Shown: in pieces, positions 1 through 11,941 of the stretch | Numbering within the stretch: the stretch's first letter is position 1 | Layout: the number at the start of each line of letters is the position of its first letter | Assembly (NCBI RefSeq): GCF_000143415.4 | Contig: NW_003314299.1 | Span: forward strand, 544,229 to 608,228 | Length of the DNA stretch: 64,000 nucleotides | Source: Selaginella moellendorffii | Taxonomy: Eukaryota; Plantae; Lycopodiophyta | Direction of reading: 5' to 3' | Notes under the pieces: model-generated | What the model was told of the DNA's origin: nothing | Seen by the model: only the letters and a program-made list of their open reading frames with translations | Databases searched by the model: none | Translations under genes and position numbers: made by a program

Positions 1-456
1 TTAACCTTTAGGAAAAGAATGGGGCTCTCAAAATAGTGTTACTTAAGAGATGATCAAATATAAAAAGGAAAGGGCTTATGAATAAAAATGTGCATTTTTT
101 TCCAATTGGTTAAATATTTTAGTATATTACAAGGAAATATAAAAAGAAAGAGTGTATGAATAAAACTGATTAAGGGTATTGGGATATTGAGTCTTGGGAT
201 AGCCACCTTTACCACTAACTTTGAGATTTTAAGATATGCTACTGTCTAATAATTAGATTAGTTTTGTATTCAAACACTTTTTTAGTATATTCTAGTTTAT
301 TCTACTATTTAATTTGGATTGGTCAAATAGGTTAAAATAATACTAAACAAAAATTTAACAAAACAGTCTCATAATGAGTTTCTATTATTATCATTAAATA
401 TTATTTAATCTAGGTATGTTCTTACAACAATCTTAATATTTTGGGTTGGACTATGA

Positions 457-2231
457 ACAGAAACTCTAACATTCATTTTTATTCAATCCTGCAAAAGCCT
501 TTATGAAGCAAGAGAGATTTACTTGGATCTTAAAAGGAATCATCCACTTGCTGATGATTCCTTCCTCAGCAACAAACTCATCCAGATGTTTGGCAAATAT
601 GGAAGCCCACAAGAGGCACGCCAAATCTTTGATACCATCAAACACAAAGACTCCTTTTCGTGGGCTTTCATGTTTCAAGCTTACGCTCAAAACTCCCATC
701 TTAAACATGCAAAAGAGATCTTCGACAAACTGCCGCAAAAGGATGTCTTTGCATGGACATCCATGCTCTTGGCATATGCCCGAACTGGGCATGTTCTCAA
801 TGCCCAAAAAACATTTGATGAGATGCCGCAACACAGCCTTCTCTCATGGAATGCAGTCCACGCACACAGCTGGGATCTAAAATATGCCGAAAGGATTATC
901 TCCGGGGTGCCCGAGTATGATCTCGTGTCTTGGAATTCCATTCTAACGGCATACGCCCGGAAAGGGCATGAACGGGAAAAATGTGTTTTCGATTCAATGG
1001 AGGCTCGTGACCTTGTGTCATGGACGACAATCTTGGTTGCCTTGTCGCAGGGCGGAGATTTGCACGGAGCAAAGCTTTTGTTTGATGCAATGCCGCAGCA
1101 CGATCTCGTCGCCTGGACCGCGATGCTTGGCGCGTACGCACTGAACGAGGATGTCGATTCGACACAGAGGATTTTCCGCGAGATGCCTGAGATAGATCTC
1201 GTTTCGTGCAACACCGTGATGCGATGCTGCGTGATGCTAGACAATCAAAGCTTATATTTGACTCCATGCCGCAGAGAGCTCTCTCGTCATGGACAACAAT
1301 GCTCGCTGTTCTTGCCAAGAACAGCCCCGGGGAGGAAACCAAGAGCTTTTTCTATCAAATGCCGGAGCTTGATCTTACTTCCTGTACGATAATGCTGCTC
1401 TGACAACCCTCAGACTTGGATCTTGTGAAGGCCACCTTTGATCAAATGCCGCAGCGAGACCTGTGCTCTTGGAACTCTGTTCTGTCGGTGTATGCCCAAT
1501 CAGGGCATTGTGACTTTGCTTTAAGTCTCTTTAACGAGATGCCCGAAATGGATATGGTTTCGTGGAACAATATGTTAAATGTGTTTGTTCTAACTAGAAA
1601 ACTACGTGAAGCTGCTTTACTCTTTCATAGCATGCTAGAACGCAACGTTGTGACCTGGGATGCTTTAATATCTGCATTTTCCCGAGAAGGCCATATTGTA
1701 TACGCAAGGAAACTTTTTGATACAGCCCCTGACAGAGACCAAATCTTGTGGAGCTCCATGATAACTTCCTATGCACAAGTAAGCACCACTGCCAGCAAGG
1801 CCTTTCATCTCTTCAACGAAATGCAGGCCGTCGATTCCCCAAACACATCGTGCTTCGCATCCATCCTGGCCGCAAACAGCCACAAAGGCAGCTTTCAAGC
1901 GGGAAAGAGCTTCTTCGCTTCCATGGTTGTGGATCACGCCATTGAGCCCACAAGGCAGCACTACAGTTGCATGGTAGATCTCTTGAGCCGAGCCGGCCAC
2001 CTTCACGACGCCAAAGATCTAATCTTAAGCATGCCGTTCGTTCCCAGTGCTCTCGAGTGGACGTGCCTTCTCGGAGCATGCAAGAGCCACGAGGATTATA
2101 ACAATCTTAGACTGGGAGACGATGTAGTGAGATCTGTAATGGACGTAACCGACGCAACTCCCAAGACACCCTATGCTTTACTAGCAAACGTCTACACAAG
2201 CTCCCAAACAAAAAATCCACACTATATGTGA
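457..2231 (+). pseudogene. PLS-class PPR (E-type) pseudogene
   Basis: PPR motifs (LIQMFGKYG..ARQIFD, VSWNSILTAY, HYSCMVDLLSRAG, LLGACKSH, PYALLANVY) are split over ORFs 523-1392, 1206-1403 and 1416-2231. There is a frameshift near 1220, an in-frame TGA at 1401-1403 and no in-frame ATG upstream. Confidence 0.8.
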
Positions 2232-2271
2232 AATCTAAGGACTTACTCTCTCCTGTACACATGAAGTCATT

Positions 2272-2472
2272 TTAATCACCTCCGCCACAGCCCCCACAGC
2301 CACAGCCTCCGCCACCACCACAGCCTCCTCCACCTTGGCCTCCACCATGACCACCACCGGAGCCTCCACTGTGGCCTCCACCATTGTGGCCACCACTAAA
2401 CATTGCTCCCGCACAATCGGAGCGTCTTCTTGGCTTTCGCCTTTTTGGAGATGCAAAGAAACTGAAACACAT
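2272..2472 (-). CDS. Small basic, Gly/Cys-rich protein (66 aa)
   Basis: Uninterrupted ATG-to-TAA ORF: MCFSFFASPKRRKPRRRSDCAGAMFSGGHNGGG...GGCGGGGGCGCGGCGGGD. Confidence 0.5.
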   Translation of the reverse strand: MCFSFFASPKRRKPRRRSDCAGAMFSGGHNGGGHSGGSGGGHGGGQGGGGCGGGGGCGCGGCGGGD

Positions 2473-3038
2473 TTTGGATTGATTGCTTGCTAGCAAGGGG
2501 GCATAATCTTCTGCTTATACACAGGCTAGAAGGCAATTTGAGACTTTGACTCAGTGGAAGCCACGAAGAAAGCAATGTAAGCGCGTGGACCTGGAGAAGT
2601 TTATGCAATCAGGCCACGTGCTGGCACTGGCGGCGGCGGAGGCTGTGGTGGCGGTGGCGGCGGTGGTGGAGGAGGCGGCGGCGGTGGAGGCTGCTAAATA
2701 CTCTGTCTGAGAAATAGCCATGCATATGAATGTTTGTAAATACACATATTCCTGGGTTTTCCATAACTTCCGCAAATAATACGTACAATTTGTTTGTATT
2801 GAACTTGTTTGTGTTTTTTACAGCCAAGGATTGAGCTGGCCACGATCTTAGCACTGTTAAGTAGAATCTCGTAGAATCTATTCAGCATTTCTATGTACTT
2901 CAGGTACTATAGTGATTCAAGTAAAATCCAAAAAAAAGGGAAACATCCACTTACAATACAACGTTTTGAGCGCTCTTCTCTTGTCTTCTCTCGAGTAAAA
3001 GCTTTGATTCTTCTAGCTCTCTCTCGCCTCCTGTTTTC

Positions 3039-4959
3039 TTACGATTCGCGTCGGGTTCTCCTTTGGCGGGCGCCTTCGCCTTCCTTCTCAATCTCGTTGC
3101 CAGCCGCGTCGTCCTCCGCCTTGTCCTTGGAATCGTCCGGGCTGGAGATGTCTTCCTTCTTGGACTTCTCTACAGTCACCTGCGCAAGACAAACAACCAT
3201 GAGAGTCCAAAACTCGCGCAGCGCTATTGCTAATTGTACCTTCGTCTTCTTGGGGGGCGATTTCTTGCCACCAAAAAGAATCTTAAACAGCGTGACCACC
3301 AAGAGGAGCGGGATCAAAGCTATGGCGCTCAAAGAAATGGTTGGGAACTTCTCGGCCTTCTCCAGAAGATCCTGTCACAAGCGAAAAGAAAGTTAGAATA
3401 CGAGACAAAGTCCATGCTCATGTGTTTTACTTACAAGAATCTTTTCCTTCTGTGACGCCAAAGCCGGGATGTCGGCAACCTTGCGCAGGTACTCAAACAT
3501 CTTTGCCTGAAAAAATTCAAGGTCGTCACACACACACACACACAAAAAAAAAAAAGACAGACAAAAGAGGACAAAGGAAAAGTACCTGGATGCCGTCAGG
3601 ACTAGGAGTCGCTTCTTCAGTTTTTTGCTTCTCCTTCTCAGCCTCGTACTTGGGCTTCCATTTCGTCTCCCTGTACTCTGCTGCCACAGCCTCGTCGGTC
3701 GCCACCAGGATGTTGTCAAAAAGAATGCCGTCCTGCATCGTCCAGATCTCGATCCCTATCGCCGAGATCGGCTCTAGATCCGGCTTGTCCAACTCGAAGT
3801 ACTCCGGGTTCGGTATTTGCTTCGGAGCCCAGATCCCCTTGTAAGCCGGGTTGTCGATCATCGGAGGATACCACTTTCCCTTGTAGTCCGGGTTCCTCTT
3901 CATGGGCCTCTTCCATTCTCCACACCCAGACGCTTCCTCACACTTTGGGTTGCTGATCTTCGGGGGCTCCCACTCGCCATCCTCCTCGTCGTCCCAGTCC
4001 GCGGGCTTGCTAGCTTCCGGATCGTCAACCTCGTCCGGCTCGTTGTCCAGCCAGTCATCGGGCTTGACCGCCTCCGCGTCCTCGATCTCCAGTGGAGCGT
4101 CCTCGTCCCAATCCTCGGGCTTGGTCGCTTCCGGATCGGGGATCTTCGCCCGCTCGTCCCAGTCCTCGGGCTTCTTGTCATCGGGATCGGGGATGGTCTT
4201 GGGCGGGATCACGGCCGGCTCGAAGTCGCTCGAGAGGAGGTCGACGCTCTTCTCCTCCTTGCCGTCGACGAGGATCTTGAGCGTGTTGTTCGGGTAGATC
4301 ACTGCCGTGTAGACGTGAGAGAGCTTGTCAGCCACTGGCGATGGCGGGTACTTGAGGTGATGCTCGATGTGCTTGTCGGATTTGGGGCCCTTGTGCTTGT
4401 AGATGAAGTGGACCTTGTTGGTGGCGCCACATTTGTCCGGCCCAAACATGATCGAGTAGGGGGATTCGTTGCTGAAATCGCCGGGCGTCCATCCAGCCTC
4501 TTGCGGGAGAAGGAACTTGAGATAGGCGCCGCCACACTCCAACCCCTTCTGGAGCCGGACATCGTACTGGAGAACCACGACGTCGTCCTTGAGATCTACC
4601 GATTTGGGCAGAGTAGCCGCGATTCCGTGCTTCTTGGCCGGCTCGCTCACAAGAAGGCCGTAATCCTCGTGACCCTCGCTCTTCTCGTGCTTCCAGTGGC
4701 CTGCCAAGAAAATCGGCGCCAATGAGAATTTCTAGCCACGGAATTTCGCGATCAAGAACAGACCTTGATAATCGCTGTGGCCAGAAACGGTCCATCGGCT
4801 CTCCCAAGAACCATCGAAAGGCTCGTAGAACACCTGCATTCGATCGATCGATCCAATCCAGACCTAGAAAGAAAAAGAATCAGGCGCGCTTACCACATCG
4901 GCAGCTACCGCGGCCGCCGCGATCGCCAGCAATCCGAGGAACAGCAGCGCCTTGGCCAT
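3039..4959 (-). CDS. CNX1: Calnexin (multi-exon)
   Basis: Signal peptide MAKALLFLGLLAIAAAAV; ECGGAYLK; IMFGPDKCG; P-domain repeats KPEDWDE and GEWxPPxIxNP; IGIEIWTMQDGILFDN; TM segment; acidic tail ending RRTRRES. Confidence 0.96.
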
Positions 4960-5267
4960 GACCACGCCGGGACTAGGAACCCTAAACGCTCCTCCAAAGA
5001 ATGCGCTATAAAGAGTGACTGGGTTTTAGTTTAGGCAGCCAATGGGAGCGCTCCGATTTCCTTTGGCGCGTGTAGCAGCGAATGGCACGGCGCCACGTCG
5101 GACGCCTTGACGTGGCTTTGTCCGGGAGGAAGGCATATTCGCGGAACAACTCCAAAATGCGATGAAAATATATTTGTGAGTTGGCAGGACGTTCTAGAAT
5201 TGATGTTTGTGGACCAATTACAAATACAAGCTTTAGAAATACAGACTATGATCTCTCCAGATAGAGA

Positions 5268-8037
5268 CTATAGAGACATGATCTCCAGAGCGTCCCTTGT
5301 TCTTCCCATAATGTCTAGAGCGGTCGCAGCAATGTGAGCTGCTGTTAATCCAGCCTCGGTCATTTGATCGTTTGGAGAACCATGGTCGATGTATCGATCG
5401 GGAAGAACCAATGGTCGCCACTGCAATCGATCGAAAGAGAGAATGATATGAGCACAAACTTTACGTCCAAAAGAAAGAACTTGAAAAACTTGCCTTCAAA
5501 GTTCCGTCGAGAAGTCCATCCAGAGCCATGAACTGTGCTACGTGAGAGCCAAATCCTCCGATTGATCCTTCCTCCACCGTGATAAGTACCTCGTGTTCTC
5601 TCGCAAGCTGCCGGATCAAGTCGCGGTCCAGTGGCTTGCAAAACCTCGCGTCTGCGACCGTGGCCGGGAGTCCACAGCTCGCTAGAAGAGCTTGAGCGGC
5701 GAGACACGACTGTACCATCGTTCCATAGCCCAGCAGCGCGACTTTAGATCCTTCGACAAGAATCCTCCCCTTGCCAACCTGTGTGAGGAGCAAAGCTTTG
5801 AAAATGGAAAACAAAAATCTCGACTGGTTTCTTACCTCGAGAGGTATGCCTTTGTTTCCCGGTGGAAGCACCACCCCGATACCATTTCCTCTGGGATAGC
5901 GAAAGCAGCTTGGACGATCATCAATAGCAGCGGCGGTGGCGACCATATGGAAAAGCTCGGCTTCGTCCGACGGCGCCATGACCACCATGTTTGGCAGGCA
6001 AGCCATGTAAGTTACGTCAAATGCTCCACAATGTGTCGGACCGTCGGCTCCAACTAGACCCGCTCTGTCCATGGCAAATCTCACGGGTAGCTTTTGGAGA
6101 TCAACGTCGTGAACAACCTGAGACAAAGCCGCATCATAAACAAGAAAACATCCGTGGCAAAGAAAGAGCTCCTACCTGGTCGTAAGCTCGCTGGAGAAAG
6201 GATGAATAGATAGCACAGAATGGCTTTAGGCCTTCGCAGGCAAGCCCCGCAGCGAAAGTCACGGCATGCTGCTCGGCAATACCGACGTCGAAACATCTAT
6301 CTGGGAAACGTTTCTGGAACATATTGAGGCCCGTTCCTCCACCCATAGCCGCGTGTATGGCAATGATCCCATTGTCGACTTCAGCTTCGGCAATCAGGGC
6401 CTCTGCAAAGTACGTGGTATAAGCTTGCGTTGCAGTCTTTCCTTTGAATTGCTTCCCAGTTGCCGGATCGAATTTAACAACACCTGATCAGAAACAAGGA
6501 GAGTGTCAAACTCAAGTATTTTGGATGAGATTCACTTTCCATGGTACTTGTCTGATGCGCGCTCGGCATATGGATAGCCACGACCCTTCTCCGTGACAAT
6601 GTGAATCAATACCGGACCCGTCGTTCGCGTGTTTTTCACCTCCTTGAGAATTGTAACAAGGTCTTCGATGCTGTGGCCATCTACAGGTCCAATGTAGTAA
6701 AGTCCCAGCTCCTCGAAAAGAGTAGACCCCGATCCACTTATCATTCCACGCGCATACTCGTCGACCTTTGCTGCGAGTTCATGCATTTGTCCTCCAAGTT
6801 GTTTAGTCACTCCCTGTAATATATATACGAACGTTACTTGTGTATGCATTACTAGACGTTAGTACCTTAGCAACTTCACGAAGTTCACGAAGAGGTCTGC
6901 TTGACTGTAATTTGCTGAGAGCGCTGCTCAAAGCTCCCACCGGTGGGGCTGGACCGTCCAAAGTCGCCGTTGGCAGAGAAACTTGCTTGTTATCATTTAG
7001 AATAACGATCATATTCGAGTCCAAGTAACCAGCGTTGTTCATGGCCTCGTAAGCTTGACCCGCCGTCATTGCACCGTCTCCGATCACGGATATCACATGA
7101 TTCTTGTTTCCCATCAAATCTCGGGCCACAGCCATGCCTGTGACATCAAAGTTTTGTTAATCGATCAATATCGAACTACGTGATTGAAGAGCTGTTGCCT
7201 ACCTAAGCCAGCGGATATACTGGTGGAGCTGTGCCCGGCACCAAAGGAGTCATACTCGCTCTCTGATCGTTTTGTAAATCCAGAAAGTCCATTAGTCTGC
7301 CGCATGGTGTGCATTCTCGATCTTCTTCCTGTAAGAATTTTGTGAGGATAGGCCTACGACCAACACAGGATTAGCGTGACTTTTTTTTCACAGTGAAGCT
7401 TGCGGGAGTCAAACTACCTGATGGCCGACGTCCCAAAGAATCTTATCTTCTGGCATGTTGAAAACATGGTGAAGAGCAACAGTGAGCTCAATCACTCCAA
7501 GACTCGCTCCAAGATGCCCGCCGGTCTTCGAAACAGTGAAGATGATGTCCGATCGAAGCTCATCTGCCAATTGTCGCAAATCCTGCAAACAAGAGGAATA
7601 TTGTTTTGTAGTTTTCTAGCATTTGTCATCTCCATACCTTGGTGCTAAGATTTTTCATATGCAAAGGGTAGTTTATAGTGTCGAGCAAAGGCGTGGGAGG
7701 CTTCTCCGCGAAATACTCTCCTCCGGGCCCCGTCGACGCTGCTGCTGATGCTGCCACAGCCAAAAACCTCCGAGCCTACACATCCATCACAAGTAAGAGT
7801 TGACCTTGGAGCCGGCCAGAATTTGGTCTGCATTGCTCGCGGCGAGGAGATCCTGTCGAAATTTCGATCACGTACCTTGAAAGAAGCGGGCTTGAAGCCC
7901 CTGCGCTGGAGATTTGTGTGAGCTTGAGACAGTAGGTATCCGGATTCCGTCGGCCGGGCCACAAGGCGGCTGCTGTTGGCGCTGCTCGTGCTACATTCCG
8001 CTCCTCCTAGCGCCATAGCTGCTGCTGAGGGCGCCAT
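5268..8037 (-). CDS. DXS: 1-deoxy-D-xylulose-5-phosphate synthase, plastid (multi-exon)
   Basis: TPP-binding [18 protein letters not shown]; YYIGPVDGH; [16 protein letters not shown]; [13 protein letters not shown]; DARFCKPLD; EEGSIGGFG; Ser/Ala-rich transit peptide. Confidence 0.97.
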
Positions 8038-8262
8038 AGCCGCGCGCGTGATGCGCCAAAACCCTCGCCTTCACGGATGCGCCAAAACCCTAGTTGGATT
8101 GCATGGAGATCCCGGAAAGAGTCAGTGGAACACCATGCTCTCAGCCACTCACTTTTAAGCACATTCTTATTTGCCAATTGAAAAGACAAAGATATGGTTG
8201 GACACTTGGCAAATTTTGAAGAATCATATGTCTTCATTGTATATATCAAGGATTTTAACAAT

Positions 8263-8336
8263 GCTGGAGTAGCTCAGTTGGTCAGAGCGTGTGGCTGTTA
8301 ACCACAAGGTCGGAGGTTCGAGCCCTCCTTCTAGCG
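8263..8336 (+). tRNA. tRNA-Asn (GTT)
   Basis: GCTGGAGTAGCTCAGTTGGTCAGAGCGTGTGGCTGTTAACCACAAGGTCGGAGGTTCGAGCCCTCCTTCTAGCG folds as a cloverleaf with A and B boxes; T-runs follow downstream. Confidence 0.97.
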
Positions 8337-8426
8337 AGGATATAATATCCATTTTGGTATTCGAATTCTTTTTTTATTTTTGCGCGCCAATGATTTAAAT
8401 GTTTGAATTCAAACTGATAAACCCTA

Positions 8427-10487
8427 ATGCTTTGCAATGCTCGTTTCCTCGTGGCGCGCCCACCTCCGGCCTGCGGGGAGCGCCATCAGTTCCAGGAGTG
8501 GGACGATGAGCTCGATCCATCGGTCTACGCACAGCTCGTCAAAGCTTGCGGCAATGCCAGGGATCTCCAAGGCGGAAGGCGCATTCACGAAGAGATTCTC
8601 CACAATGGCCGCTGCTCCACCGATCGCTACCTCGCCAATCTGCTCGTGGAGATGTATGGAAAGTGTGGCAGCGGCGAGAACGCTCGCAGGGTTTTCGAGA
8701 GCATTCGCCAGCCCAACCAGTTCTCGTGGAATCTGATAGTGGCGGCCCTGGCCAGGAGTGGGAATGTGAGAGACGCGAGGGCTATGTTTGATCGGATGCC
8801 CGTCCGCGATGCTGTTTCGTGGGGGACGATGATCACTGCCTACGCCGACAGTGGCGACGTCTTGGAAGCTAGAAATCTCTTTGCCAAGATGCCGGATCCA
8901 AATGCCTGGGCTTGGTCCGCAATGATCTCAGCATATGCCCGAAACGGGCATCTGGTTGAAGCAAGAAAGTGTTTCGATTCTATGCCCGAGCCAGAAGCTG
9001 TATCGTGGAACACAATGATCCATGCCTACAATCAGCACGGGGAATTCAATCAGGCTAGAAAGTTGTTTGAGAGAATGGAAATCAAGAACTCGGTTTCGTG
9101 GAACACGATGATCACTGCTTACGCCCAGAATGGGTATATCTACGACGCAAGGATCTTGTTTGAGAGGATGCCTGGGAAGGAGGTCTCGTCCTGGAACGCG
9201 ATGCTTGCAGCGTACGCGCAGATCTTTTACACGAACGAAGTGAAGGATTTGTTCGATCGAATGCCGCACAGAAATTTGATCTCGTGGAACACTCTGATCG
9301 GAGCGTATGCTGATAGAGGTGACTTTGAGGCTGCAAAGGTGGTGTTTGAAAGCGCGGCTGTGAGGGACGTTGTCTCGTGGACCGCGATCCTCAAAGCTTT
9401 TGTTCACACGAGAGAGGTTGAGCAAGCAAAAGAGCTCTTTGATCGAATGCCCGAGAAGAACCTCGTTTCCTACACGACCATGCTTGTGATCTTTGCGAAG
9501 AATAGCTGCCTGGATCGAGCAAAGGGGCTGTTTGATCGAATGCCGCAGTACGATTCTATCTCCTGGGGGGCGATGATCGAGGCGTACTCTGAGAATGGAT
9601 TTGTGGCAGTCGCGAGAGAGATGCTCGATCGAATGCCTCACCAGGACGTTCTAGCTGTCAACATCGTGATTGCGGCTTATGTGCACGCTGGGCATATGGA
9701 GGAGGCCAAGAGCTTGTTCGACCTTATGAAAGAACGAGACTCTACCACTTTAAACGCTATGGTTTATGGATATGCCCAGCTCGGGCATATAGATCTTTCA
9801 CGGCATCTTTTCGATTCTCACCCGGACAAAGACACCACCTCCTGGAACACGATGCTGGCGGCTTGCTGTAGGTGCTGGCTTTTCGAGGAGATGGTGGAGA
9901 TCTTTTGGAGGATTCCGGAAAGGAATGTGGTGTCGTGGACGGTGGCGATACAGTCCCACGTCTTGAGAAACCAGCTGAGGCTTGCAAAGGCGGTTTTTGA
10001 GAGGATGCCCGAGCAGGACGTAGTGTCGTGGAATGCTTTGCTCCATGCCTTTGCTCGAGAGGAAAACCGGAACTTCTCCATGAATCTCTTTCGGGAGATG
10101 GTCGTGGAGGGATTCAAGCCGGACGAGACGACGCTGCTGGGAGTTTTGGTGTCGTGCAACCACGATGGCCTCCTCGAGAGAACCAAGTCGAGCTTCTCGA
10201 GCTTTAGATCCGACTTTGGCCTCGACTGCCCCAGGCAAGAGCTCTTCGACTGTCTGCTCGACAACTTTGGACGATCCGGGCAGCTCCGCGAGGCCGAGGA
10301 TCTCCTCCGGTGGATGCCGTTCTCTCCCAGCGTCGCATCCAGCACCTCGTTCCTGCGCGCATGCAAAGTTCACGGAGATCCAGAGCGAGCAGCCAGATTC
10401 TCGCAGCACTTGAGCGACTTGAAAGGAGGAAAAGCTCACGGTTCTTACGTCCTTCTCTCGGACAGCTTGAAAACCATGACGACGTAG
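8427..10487 (+). CDS. PLS-class PPR protein with E domain, no DYW
   Basis: 686-aa intronless ORF; LLVEMYGKCG N-cap; many ~31-aa VSWNTMIxAYA repeats; ends DNFGRSGQLREAEDLL..FLRACKVH..SYVLLS. Confidence 0.93.
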   Translation: MLCNARFLVARPPPACGERHQFQEWDDELDPSVYAQLVKACGNARDLQGGRRIHEEILHNGRCSTDRYLANLLVEMYGKCGSGENARRVFESIRQPNQFSWNLIVAALARSGNVRDARAMFDRMPVRDAVSWGTMITAYADSGDVLEARNLFAKMPDPNAWAWSAMISAYARNGHLVEARKCFDSMPEPEAVSWNTMIHAYNQHGEFNQARKLFERMEIKNSVSWNTMITAYAQNGYIYDARILFERMPGKEVSSWNAMLAAYAQIFYTNEVKDLFDRMPHRNLISWNTLIGAYADRGDFEAAKVVFESAAVRDVVSWTAILKAFVHTREVEQAKELFDRMPEKNLVSYTTMLVIFAKNSCLDRAKGLFDRMPQYDSISWGAMIEAYSENGFVAVAREMLDRMPHQDVLAVNIVIAAYVHAGHMEEAKSLFDLMKERDSTTLNAMVYGYAQLGHIDLSRHLFDSHPDKDTTSWNTMLAACCRCWLFEEMVEIFWRIPERNVVSWTVAIQSHVLRNQLRLAKAVFERMPEQDVVSWNALLHAFAREENRNFSMNLFREMVVEGFKPDETTLLGVLVSCNHDGLLERTKSSFSSFRSDFGLDCPRQELFDCLLDNFGRSGQLREAEDLLRWMPFSPSVASSTSFLRACKVHGDPERAARFSQHLSDLKGGKAHGSYVLLSDSLKTMTT

Positions 10488-11034
10488 ATCTTCGTCTCGG
10501 GAAGTTATACGTCACTAGTGAAGGACCCCTTCCGATGGAGCTATATAACTCTTTCGTCCGATCGAAGGGTGATGTCAGCTAGAACAGGAAGGAAAGGAAC
10601 AGGGGAGCTGTGACGCAAAACTCCACTAGGCTGCTCCACTTTTCTTGCGGCTAAAGGGAATCAATCATCGCCATTTCTACACACAGCGAGGGGGGAATAT
10701 CTCCAGAGGCCACTCAGAACTGTATCTGCTTGGAGGCTACCCTTGTGCTGTCTGACACCAAAGGGCTCATGCACACTTGATGATCCCTGGCTACCTTTGC
10801 CAGGACGGGGGTGCTAGGCAGCGGGGAAAGAGAAAAAAGAAAAGATCACGCACGTGAAGAAGATATGGTCATCGAGTCCTGGGACGAATTCGCGAGCTAA
10901 GGTGCAAGGAAAAATCGCCCTTTTGCTGCTCCGAGCTGCTGGGTCGAAGAATTTAAGGGCCTCGAGATTTTGAAGCTGGAACTTGCTGCTTGGAAGAGTT
11001 CATCGACTTAAGCTTGGAGAAACTGGAAGGAGCC

Positions 11035-11140
11035 ATCACTCATCGACTGGAAAGCTGTGAGAAGATCATATCACTCATTGGTTGGAATCTGAGAAGATCA
11101 TATCACTCATCGGTTGGAAAGCTGTGAGAAGATCATATCC
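11035..11140. repeat. ~35-bp tandem repeat, about 3 copies
   Basis: GAGAAGATCATATCACTCATYGGTTGGAAAGCTGT recurs in tandem. Confidence 0.8.
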
Positions 11141-11325
11141 GAAGATCACTGCTGCTGCCGCTGAGATCCCTGGCTGGTGCCGTGAATGCTGGTTATAGCG
11201 GAGATTTCTTGCTAGGATATATGGCAAGGCTGATGAAGCTCGTAACGGGGGAGACGTCGCTGTATGCTTCTATCACACACACGCAAGCCGAGTCTCCAGC
11301 CGTGACTCTCACTTACGGTGGCTAC

Positions 11326-11847
11326 ATGCCTCTAACTCGAGCTACGAGCACTGGAGCCGTGAGTAGCAGTGAAAGTAATGGACTTAACATCGTCGCGGCG
11401 ATTTTGGTGACCGCCTCCTCGATGATGATCCTGCTGGCTCTACGTCTCTGGCTTTGCAAGTGCTCTCCTTCGCGGAGCTCTAGCCCCAATCCCTCGTCCT
11501 CAACGAGCAGCGATGGCTCCAAGAAGAAGGCTGGGGATGGATTGGACAAGGAGGATATCAACAAGTTTGCACTCGTGGATTTCCAGGCGCTGGCGAGCAG
11601 CAAGTACGAGAAGACGTGCACGGTTTGCTTGTGCGAGTTTACCTCCAAGGACGTCGCAATTCGACTCCTGCCGGGTTGCAATCACTCGTTTCATCCGGCT
11701 TGCATCGAAATGTGGCTCTTCTCGCACACTTCGTGCCCGATTTGCCGCAAGAGTTTGCTACCCCTGGCTATGGTGGCCAAGAGCTCGAGTTCTTCCACAC
11801 AAGATCATGCGCAAGAAGAGCACCATCGAGGAGAGGAAGTTGTTTAA
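11326..11847 (+). CDS. ATL-family RING-H2 E3 ubiquitin ligase (start could be 11221)
   Basis: TM segment IVAAILVTASSMMILLAL; GLD motif (GLDKEDINKF); RING-H2 CTVCLCEF..LLPGCNHSFHPACIEMWLFSHTSCPICR. Confidence 0.92.
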   Translation: MPLTRATSTGAVSSSESNGLNIVAAILVTASSMMILLALRLWLCKCSPSRSSSPNPSSSTSSDGSKKKAGDGLDKEDINKFALVDFQALASSKYEKTCTVCLCEFTSKDVAIRLLPGCNHSFHPACIEMWLFSHTSCPICRKSLLPLAMVAKSSSSSTQDHAQEEHHRGEEVV

Positions 11848-11919
11848 AATGCAAGGAAAGAGCTTGCTTGGTCTCGCGGCTTTGTATTACTAGCGTTCCC
11901 TTCGATGGTGCTTGAGGAA

Positions 11920-11941
11920 GTGTGTGTGTGTGTGTGTGTGT
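11920..11941. repeat. (GT)n microsatellite
   Basis: About 11 GT units read directly from the sequence. Confidence 0.9.

Noticed and set aside
3817-4725. 302-aa plus-strand ORF, and similar long antisense ORFs such as 52244-53245, 18278-19000 and 8928-9641
   Set aside because: Shadow ORFs opposite GC3-rich calnexin and PPR coding sequence; no independent motifs.
10769-10795. ATGCAC..TCCCTGGC resembling miR408
   Set aside because: The central region mismatches and no fold-back precursor is visible.
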